NCBI RefSeq assembly: GCF_009914755.1
Contig: NC_060929.1
DNA length: 64,000 bases
DNA from: the human T2T-CHM13v2.0 reference genome, Homo sapiens
Reading direction: 5' to 3' (one strand)
Position 1 is the first letter of the stretch. The number at the start of each line of letters is the position of its first letter. The notes beneath the pieces were generated by a model, which saw only the letters and a list, made by a program, of their open reading frames with translations, searched no databases and was not told the DNA's origin. The position numbers were made by a program, and so were the translations under genes. This document shows positions 53,351 through 64,000 of the stretch, piece by piece.

Positions 53351-54283
53351 AGAGGCCTGACAAGACGCAGCATTGCAGAAGATGGCTGTAACCACAGAAT
53401 CACACAAAGACATTCCCACGAGATATACTAACAGCTCCCCAATTCCCTGAAATAATGCCTCCTTGGAAGTGAGGTAAACCCTTACTGGTTAAGAGGGTCC
53501 AATATATAAATAAATACATTGCATACAGTGTAGAAAAATGAGAGACTTTCTAGGCAGATGAGGGAAGGCTTTCAGGAGGAGGTGATTTCTGAGCTGGGTA
53601 TGAGAGTTTAGTGGATCTAGAGGGGGAAACGAGGAATAAGGAATGAGCCTCACAAGGCACATGGGGCCTAAAGCCACAGGGAACCTCTGAAAGGTTAAAC
53701 TAGAAAGACATAATCGAGTATTTTAGAGCAACACTCTGGCTGCCATGTGGGGAGTGCGCTAGAGGGGAGCTAGGCCAGGCCAGGGGCAGCTGTGAATTGA
53801 ATGTGGGCAATGATGAGGGGCTACACTAAGAGAGAGGCCGGGAAGCAGGACACACACAAACTGCAGATGATGCCATTGACTGGGACAGCGGGGGAGTGGA
53901 GAGATGGTGAGCTCAGGACCGCTGAATATGGGAGGTGAAATGTCCAGGGACCTGAAGCTGGTGTTTGACCTGCGGACGGATCTGGATCCCACAGGCACAG
54001 GAGCAGGGACCAGGCCATGGGAGCAGGTGAGCCCCCCAAGAGAGGCTCCCAGAGAGGGTGGAGGTGAGTGTAGCACTGGGAAAGCCACACTAGTTTCTCC
54101 TTGGTTTTGAGTGCCCCTTCTCATCAGCAACTGCACCAGGTATCTGTTAAGAAAGGGATAGAAAATGACATGGTTGTTCATAACAGGCACTAAAAAGGGC
54201 AGCGATAAGAACATCAAGCTTTTAAGAATGTTCTAACCAATACCTGGACAAACATGGAGATAATAACCCTTCAAGCATTAAAC

Positions 54284-54602
54284 TTTTTTTTTTTTTTTTT
54301 GAGACAGGATCTCGCTCTGTCACCCAGGATGGAGAGCAGTGGCACGATCTCGCCACTGCAACCTCCATATACCAGATTCATGTGATTCTTCTGCCTCAAC
54401 TTCCTGAGTAGGTGAGATTACAGGCCTGCACCACAATGCCCAGCTAAGTTTGTTTTTTTGTTTGTTTTTTTAAATGTATTTTTAGTAGAGACAGGATTTC
54501 AGCACGTTGGCCAGGCTGGTGTCAAACTCCTGACCTCAAGTGATCCGCCTGCCTCAGCCTCCCAAGTGCTGAGATTAGAGCCATGAGCCACCGCTCCTGG
54601 CC
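54284..54602 (-). mobile_element. Alu (AluS-like)
   Basis: Antisense dimer with T tail. Confidence 0.92.
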
Positions 54603-55141
54603 TCAGAATCATTCATTTTAATTATTTCTTGAATTTTCTCCACATATATTTAGTGAGCATGTTACTCTCCAAATTGCTAATTAAAAGAAATCAGTTAAAA
54701 TAATGATTGTCATTTGCATTACTTTTTACATACACAATATCTTTTTATCCTCAAAAATTCTGAGTAGAATTTTAGAAAAAATTATCTCCATTTATAGGTA
54801 AGAATACTGGCACTTGGAATGATCAAGTGACATGCCTGAGATAATACAGCTGTCAGTAGCAAATTTGAGATTCCTGCTGAGATTACCTGTTGCATGATGA
54901 CAGTCGCATAAATATTCTGAAGTGACATAATTCTTCAAGGAAAAGGAAAATATTTAGAATTGACTAGAAAAGGCTATTAAGTAGCTAGTTCATCAATCAT
55001 TTCATGGACTTTGTAAACAAAAATGAATCCTGAATAAAGCTGGGCCACCTTGGGGTTGGTCTCAGCTGAGCATTGTGTCCAAAAGAATCATGACTCCAAC
55101 TCCAAAAAAGCCTTGCAACTTAATGTAAGAAGTCCCTTGGA

Positions 55142-55477
55142 GGCCGGGCACAGTGGCTCACACCTGTAACCCCAGCACTTGGGGAGGCCTAGCCGGGTGG
55201 ATCACTTGAGGTCAGCAGCGTGGATCACTTGAGGTCAGCAGTTCGAGACCAGCCTGGCCAACATGGTGAAACTCCGTCTCTACTAAAAATACAGAAATTA
55301 GCTGGGTGTGGTGGTGGGCACCTGTAATCCCAGCTACTCAGGAGGCTGAGGCAAGAGAATCACTTGAACCCGGGAGGCACAGGTTGCAATGAGCTGAGAT
55401 CACACCACTGCACTGAAGCCTGGATGACAGAGTGAGACTCTGTCTCAAAAAATAAAATAAAATAAAATAAAATAAAA
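55142..55477 (+). mobile_element. Alu (AluS-like) with an internal 23-bp tandem duplication
   Basis: Dimer; gtggatcacttgaggtcagcag occurs twice (55197-55241); (TAAAA)n tail. Confidence 0.93.
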
Positions 55478-55545
55478 GTCAGGAGAAGCAGATGAGGAAC
55501 CACATTGCACACATTGCATGACACAGAGTGGAACGTTCTAAAATC

Positions 55546-56103
<558 letters not shown>

Positions 56104-56149
56104 TGATAAATGTACACTTTATACCCTCCAGTGGCTTCCATCTCCTTTC

Positions 56150-56575
56150 CATGAGCCACAAGGCCCTACTTATCCAGTCTCATCTCTGTTCCAGCCACAC
56201 TGGCTGCCCTGTTTGTCCCCAGATACCCACCACTCTCCAGCCTCAGGACACTGGCACTTACTGTTCTTCTGCCTGGAACTTTTACCATAAATAACCAAGT
56301 GACCAGGTCTTTCCTTTCATTCAACTCTCTGCTCAGATAACTCCTATTAGCGAGCCTGTCCCTGAGCTCCTGGTCTAAAATAGCAACCTCCTTGCTCTCC
56401 ATCCCTTCACCCTGCAGGATTTTCCTTCGGAGCACTTATCACCACTTCACAATGTCTGTTTATTTATTATTTACAACTCCCACAAGGAAGCAAGCTCCAC
56501 ATGGGGAAGAACTTTGTCTATTTTGCTCTCGGCTGATTCCTCATGCACAAAAAATATTTGTTAAATAAAATGAAT
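56150..56575 (+). mobile_element. L2 3' fragment
   Basis: tccagccacactggc, tgttcttctgcctggaac, gcacttatcacc, aagctccacatgggg, aaatatttgttaaataaaatgaatg. Confidence 0.7.
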
Positions 56576-56768
56576 GGAGAGTTAGCTATTCATCAAAATT
56601 TTATTAGAAAGCTAATAAACCCTTAAATAAGAATGTGTTTTCCTTTGAACACTTGACGCTTGTTATTTGTGTAGTCACATGGTTTCTAAAGATCTCTGTG
56701 TCCTAGATGCTCCTTTTGCTGCTGTTGTGGCCTCTGTGCCTCACATGTCATGTGGCGTCTTCTGATCT

Positions 56769-56828
56769 CAGCCTATGTTACCCTTTTGTTGTATATAACA
56801 GCCTATGTTACGCTTTTGTTGTATATGA
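56769..56828. repeat. 30-bp tandem duplication (2 mismatches)
   Basis: cagcctatgttac(c/g)cttttgttgtatat(a/g)a x2. Confidence 0.92.
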
Positions 56829-57139
56829 AGTCCGGGTTTTTCAGTCCACTTTCCGATTCAAGCTACTTGGTCTCTTTGAATCCCCTAAGCCTTTGCTCCC
56901 AAGAATCTCCAGTGCAAGTGTTCACAGACTGTGACCTAGTTGATGGCAGGTCATCAGCTTCCAGAAATGTCTACTGCCTGTGAATCCCTAGGGTACTGGC
57001 ATCTTGAAATACTGAAGGCCCCAGAGCCCTTGCCTTGCCAGCACGTCTGATGTCTGTGAGCTTTGGGAACTAGCAGCACTGAGGGCTTCAGCACATGTGC
57101 CTCCCAGCATTAGGAGGGCATTCCTGGTGAGAAGGAAAA

Positions 57140-57900
57140 TGGGCCTCAAAGCAACTGCATTTGAAGGCTGGCACCCATGAACACATTTCCTCCTCCAGAA
57201 TGTCCCTGATGGCCTCTCTTACTGAGCACTCTCCCAGAAGCACCACCACAGATGTCAATAATAACTAAAAAGCAAAGCATTCTGCATGGTAAAGAATTTC
57301 GCCTTGCCCAAAGACAGGTCAGCCTTTGCCCTGAGCTGCTTTCTTTGTTTAGGGCAGGGCCTGGACCCACCAGATCTTAGGATGGAGCCAGTCACACCAG
57401 AGAGGCCATTTATGTAACTGAGAGTAGAGGCTTTGGGTCACATGGTATCAGTTGACCTAGAGGCTAAGATCAGCTAGGTGGGCAATCAATCAATCAATCA
57501 GTCATGCATATGTCTCGGGGCCGCAATAAAACTCCTGAACACTGAGGCTCAAGTAAGCTTCCCTGGGTGGTAATATCCCTTATGTATTATCACTCTTGGG
57601 TACCAGGGAAATAATGTGTCCTAGGAATGACAGAAGATTCACTTTTGGAACCTTCCTAAACTCTGCCCTATGCATCTCTTCCTTTGGCTGATTTTAATCT
57701 GTATCCTAATCTGTATCCTTTTCCTGTGATAACTAGGAGCATAATAGCTTTTGGTGGGTTCTGAAGTCCTTCTAGTGAATTCTCAAATCTGAGAATGATT
57801 TAGGGAACCCACCCTCTAAACTTGCAGTTGGTGTCAGAAGTAAGGCCAATCTTAGGTACCATGTCCTTGAGCCTCACAGTTTGGCTAACTGTGGGTATAT
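57140..57900 (+). mobile_element. MER21C-like LTR; 5' boundary approximate
   Basis: caataaaactcctgaacactgaggctcaagtaagcttccctgg; tgcatctcttcctttggctgattttaatctgtatcc; ccttctagtgaatt..cttgcagttggtgtcagaagt. Confidence 0.65.
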
Positions 57901-59109
57901 CCCCACACCATGAGAAGACTGGAGCTTCTGCTCCAATATGTTTCAATTCAGTACAATATGTAGCTTTCTCCTTGCATTTAACTTTCATTTTAATATATCT
58001 TTATATCACATTTAAAAGCTTTTGTGGGAAAAAGAGACTTTTAAAACTGGAAAAAAAAAACTTGTCTTTGGTACTTATATGATATTTGCATCAGTAATCC
58101 CAACATACTTTGAGAATACTGAATTTTGAAATTATTTCCCAGAGATGTATAAATTTTTCACCATAAGTCACCTGCCTGAGACCTCACAGCGTTCATGGCA
58201 AAACTAAGAACAGAACATGCAGTGCCTGATTTCTTAGTCTGCCCAATAGACCATGGTCAGGGCCAGGAGCACATTAAGCTTGAAACACGCTGGACAGCAC
58301 ACAATCCCCAGTGCAGGGCAGGTGGAGGGCTGATCCTGGAGGAGACAAGGCCACTTGTCTGTCTCAGGGAAATTACAAAAATGATAGCGGGGAAGCCACA
58401 GGTGATTCTAAACTCAAAGTTATTGCAGGGTAGTGAAATATGAGTCAGTTAGCAGCAGACATGAAAGTAGAAAGAAAAAATAGAAGGTGTAAAGAAGGAT
58501 GGGAAGGTTCTTAGAAGATGTGAATATGGAGAAAAAGTGGGGTGGGCCTCCAATAGAAGAAAGGTAAGCGTGACAGCTGGAGAATAAGCCCAGCTCATTC
58601 CTGCTCTGGGAAAAACCATGGATTTTGCTAAATTCTTTCTCCCTTATCTTTTCAATCAGCCAACACTTAACTCTAGGGGACTTCAGCAAAAACTAATATT
58701 GCACATGAAGTGCTCTTCTTCAACCCAGGAAATTGAATTTTGATGAGAATAAATGAAATTTAAACCTTAAAACTTTGCTAAATATCTGAAATTTAGTATC
58801 ATACTTCTGAAGTCAAAGCAAACTCTTAGCGTAGAAATAATGTTCTTTTCCACCTTGAGGATGAAGGGCAGAAGGGGAGGATGAGGGGAAATGCTCTGTC
58901 TATAACTGATGGAATGGAGAGGATTAGGAGACAAAGGCAGAGAGGACATCATCACCTTTACTCAGCAAGAAGCAAAGGGAGAGGAGAGACCCTAATCTTT
59001 GTAAAAAAAATAAATGAATAAATAAAGGGACATTTGGAAAAGGAAGAAAGAGGAGGACAGTGGGGTGCAGGGACTCTCAACTTAGCTGGGCTCACTCATC
59101 TCATGCCCA

Positions 59110-59625
59110 ACAGCCATTCCTCCCTGATAGCCAAACTCTAATTGTATCCCAAACAATATGTTCAGCCCTAAATAATGACTTGTGATTGATCAAAGCCAAC
59201 GATTACAATCCTGTTCCTGTTACCAGGCAGTTGATTTCCCAGCCTCCCTTTTAATGAGGAGTAGCTGTGTGACTCAGCTTGTGACAAAGAAATGTAAAAG
59301 GAAGCCTGCTAGGAGGTATCTGGGAAAATTTTTGCTTTTCTGTTAAAAGAGGCTGATATGGCTGATGCCACCTCTCTCCCTCTTCCTGCTTCAAACATAG
59401 GTCATGATGCCTGAAGCTGTGGCAGCCAGCTTGTAGCTATAAGGGACAAAACAAGAGTGTCACAGGGACACCAGCCATAATATCATCAAGCCACTAAATG
59501 GAGCCATCAGCTCCCACTCCAGATGCTCCCAATCCCAGTCAATGAGAAGAATTAGAACTTGTTTGCCTAAGCTACCCTTGGTTGTATCTGTTCTTCCTAG
59601 CAGCAGCTGAATGCAATCCCAATAC
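59110..59625. mobile_element. Old MaLR (MLT1-like) LTR relic
   Basis: ttcccagcctcccttt..tgtgactcag..tgatgcctgaagctgtggcagccagcttg..gcagctgaatgcaatcccaataca. Confidence 0.55.
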
Positions 59626-59950
59626 AAAACTCATATTCTAAGAAAATGTTGCCTTTATGACTGGTAAAATCATATTTTGATTACCACTGGAAAAAAAACA
59701 TAAAAAATGTTCTAGTGCTCACAGATCTCATCAAAGAGGCCTCTGATCCCTGGGGATACACAAATTGCCATTCGAGAAGAACCAAGCTAAGCCAGAGAAG
59801 CAACTACAGACAAGTAAGAAAGACAAGGCATTGACTGGAAGAAAAAGATCAACTCGAGAAAGCAAAAATATAGGAAAAAGACACCGGGCATAACAGCATC
59901 TCACTTGTAAAGGGAACATGGCAACAAGAAATCCATGGGTCAGTGAGAGA

Positions 59951-59981
<31 letters not shown>

Positions 59982-60436
59982 TGGCCTTCACCCTTCATTC
60001 CAGACAGCACCAGCTGGAGCCACAGTGAGCCACATGTCTGTGGGCGTCGGGGGCTGCTGAGAAGTTGCCTCTCTGGCTTTTGGGATGACAAGCCCAGAGC
60101 TATAGCACAGGCCAGTTGCTTCTGTAATAAGCATTTGTTAGATCACCCTAGCCTTCCAGAAGCTGAACATAAATCGAAATCCACAGTCCTTGAAATCAAG
60201 AGTTATCCTCTGACTGAGAACGAGAATGGGGTGAAATCAACAAAAATGGAAAGGAAAATCAGGAAAAACAGGAGGCAAGCCAGCTGGGGACCCATGTCTT
60301 CCTCTATCTTCAGAAATCTTTACTCCTTTAGTCCTGAACAGCATGACTCATATTTTTTTAAATAATATTTTCTATTGTTTTAGGACCTTTTGATTGAAGA
60401 CAGTGGTGTTACAACAAAGAAGTCATGAATTCATTT

Positions 60437-60441
60437 TCTCT

Positions 60442-60484
<43 letters not shown>

Positions 60485-60618
60485 TCTCTCTCTCTCTCTC
60501 TCTCTTTCATCTTGCCAATGTTGCCTAGACTGATCTCAAACTCCTGGCCTCAAGGGATCCTCCCACCTCAGTCTCCCAAAGGGCTGGGATTAAGGGTACA
60601 AGCCAGAACATCTGGCCT
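60437..60618 (-). mobile_element. FLAM-like Alu monomer with a compound (TG)n(TC)n microsatellite at its tail
   Basis: (TG)n 60444-60483 and (TC)n to ~60506, then tgttgcctagactgatctcaaactcctggcctcaagggatcctccc. Confidence 0.8.
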
Positions 60619-60959
60619 GCATGACTTATATTTGAAACTGAGTTCTACTTAAAGGAAATCCAATACGTAAAATTCCAAACCTACAAAACAAATTGAAAGA
60701 TCAATAACTTTTTAAGTGGATAGTTCATTTTCCATACTGCAGGTTTTCTTCATAAAATGAGCTTTCCTAGTACATTTACTCCAAGATTTGAATTAAGCAG
60801 GAGTCTTGAGCAGCCTGGCCACATATAGCCAAATACCAAGTGCTTCCTGGTTCACAAAATGACCTGTTTGTCCTCATGACAACCTTATTTGATCTTTATG
60901 ACAACCCTACGATTACGAGAGGAATAGATACTCTTTCCAGAATGTTTTTTGTTCAAAGA

Positions 60960-61740
60960 ACAAACATTCATTTAAAAAATAGGCTTACTTTTAGCTGAGC
61001 ATTAAATAAATGTGTTCATTGTAGAGAAGCAGAAAGAAAAAAAGAAATCCTCCATACCCCAGAGAAAACCACCATGATTTTAAGCTTTTTTTTTTCAGTC
61101 TTTGTGCTGTGCACAGACATGGTAATACTCATTAGACAATTTTATTTTCAGACGTTTTTCACCTAACATTATAACATGAATATTTTCTCAGGATATTCAG
61201 CTACTCTTACTGTCATTTTTCATGATTGCACAGTATAATTTCCATAATTATTTCTAATAATTGAAATGCTTCTTTGCCCATTTTGTTTTGAGTTACTCTG
61301 TCAGTGTCATTTAAGCAAAAATGTAAATGAATTATGCTACCAGAAAATGTAATAAGCTAATCATTCTCCCTATTGTTGAGGTTTGCTTCCTACCAATTAT
61401 TCTCTGATCAACATCTTTATGTATAACTCTTTTCTATATCTCAGGTGAATTTTTTTAGAATAAATTACTGGAGATGGAGCTACTGGTCCAAAAGGAATAG
61501 ATGTTTTAAGGTGCTGTTTGCAAAAGTGCTTCCCAAAATGACTGTACCAATCTACATTCTCAAAATATCCCTTTGACCACACTGTCACCAGCATGGAGTA
61601 AGCATTTTAAGAAACATTTGCTTATTTATAGGTAAAAATCATATTTTATTATTATATTAATATGCACAGTTTTATCTCTGAGTTTGAACACCTTTCCAGA
61701 AATGTATTAACCAGCTATAATTTGGTTTTTTGTAAAGGAT
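60960..61740 (-). mobile_element. Old L1M (L1ME-like) 3' fragments
   Basis: tttttcacctaacatt, gaataaattactggagatggagctactgg..aaaagg, ttcccaaaatgactgtaccaat motifs. Confidence 0.55.
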
Positions 61741-62016
61741 GTGGTCCTAGAGCAGAAACAAACCTCATTTTACTGCTGAGGAAACAAAACCTGGAGGAAT
61801 TTAAGCCATTTCCCCAAGGCTACACAATTACTAAACTGGCTAAGTGAGGAATCCAACTCAGGCTTTTTGAAGCTGACCTAAGTAATTTCCGCTCCCCACC
61901 ACCATCATACGGATTTTTTAATTCTTCAAACCTATCTGCAAGATTTAACAAAATAAGTACTTTTTAAAGTACACACTTCCAAGTCATAGCTTCTCTGTCA
62001 GTTTAGAACTCAGTAA

Positions 62017-62410
<394 letters not shown>

Positions 62411-62764
62411 AAAAGATGACCTCTTTCTAATCACGTGCTGCCTGACTGCTCTTAGGCTTAAGACTTTAGATGCTTGCACAATGGAGATTCATACCATGTT
62501 GAAATACAATGGGCAAGCTAGGAGCAAAATGGAAAAGAATTAGTTTCTAAACAGAACTGTTGGGAGTCAAGGGTTTCAAAGTCAGGCAGAATTATGATTT
62601 GCAATCAGCAAAAATAGATCAATCCTATCCATTACATATAGATCAAGGGGAAAGAAATTAGTGAATTATCCGTGAAAATAAATACATTTAAGAAAGACCC
62701 AGATAGAGAAATAACCTACACTCTCAACGTTTAAAAGATGGATTACTTAAAAATGGAATATTGG

Positions 62765-63372
<608 letters not shown>

Positions 63373-64000
63373 CAGAGAGAGAGAGAATACTGAATAGATG
63401 GTGCTGTTAACCATTTAAAAAAGAATAAATTACATTCTCCCATTTCATGTAGTATGCCAAAATCAGTTCTGGATAGATTTATGTTAAATATAAAAATGAA
63501 CTATAAAAAAACAAATTTAAGAAAAGTGGAAATCGATAATCTGATTTCAAGCTGGGAAAGCTTAAAAACTGAAAAGGACTCCATAAAGGAAAGGGTTACA
63601 GAGAGAAGTTTAAGACTTCTGAAGAGTGTCAGAAGGAGGGAGAGAGGGAAAAAAATCTGGCAAAACAAATAAAATTTTCCAGCTCATCGTCCAAGTTAAG
63701 AGGCAAGTATCAAGCTAAGGAGACAATGGCAATTAATAGGGCAGGAAGAGGATGAATATCTTTACTATGGAACTGTTCCTAATGAGAGGACCTAGCACCT
63801 GCAGGAAAACAGGATGCTCACACTCTCGTTGTGGGAGGGCACGACATATCCCATTACGCCCTTGGAGAAGCGCATTTGGGACAGTGCATACTAAAACAGA
63901 CTCAAAAATAAGAGCTCATGCCCTTTGACCCAGTAATTCTACTTTTAAGAACGAATCAGAGGTCTACAAAAAGATTTTCACATAAAGATATTTATCACAG

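Overview
Primate (very probably human) genomic DNA, heavily filled with Alu, L1, L2, MIR, LTR and DNA-transposon relics. It holds one protein-coding gene, ENC1 (KLHL37/NRP-B, a 589-aa BTB-BACK-Kelch protein), on the minus strand. ENC1 has three exons: a non-coding exon 1 in a CpG island (~39692-39272), exon 2 carrying the whole CDS (35471-33657; CDS 35458-33689) and a ~2.6-kb 3'UTR exon (28965-~26385). All other ORF-track entries look like repeat-derived or chance ORFs. Most notable observations: (1) back-splicing of exon 2, which is flanked by opposite-orientation Alus, would give a 1815-nt circle that is one reading frame with a single stop directly followed by an in-frame ATG; (2) a ~550-bp inverted duplication (46965-47520 / 49401-50264) with a 119-bp perfectly identical tract, suggesting gene conversion or inversion; (3) an LTR18/HERV-S provirus collapsed to 5'LTR + PBS stub + 11 bp of the 3'LTR between intact TSDs; (4) three tandem GTAAG donors straddling the NMD 50-55-nt boundary after the ENC1 stop. 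Repeat subfamily names are from recalled consensus similarity and were not checked by a search; many repeat boundaries are approximate.
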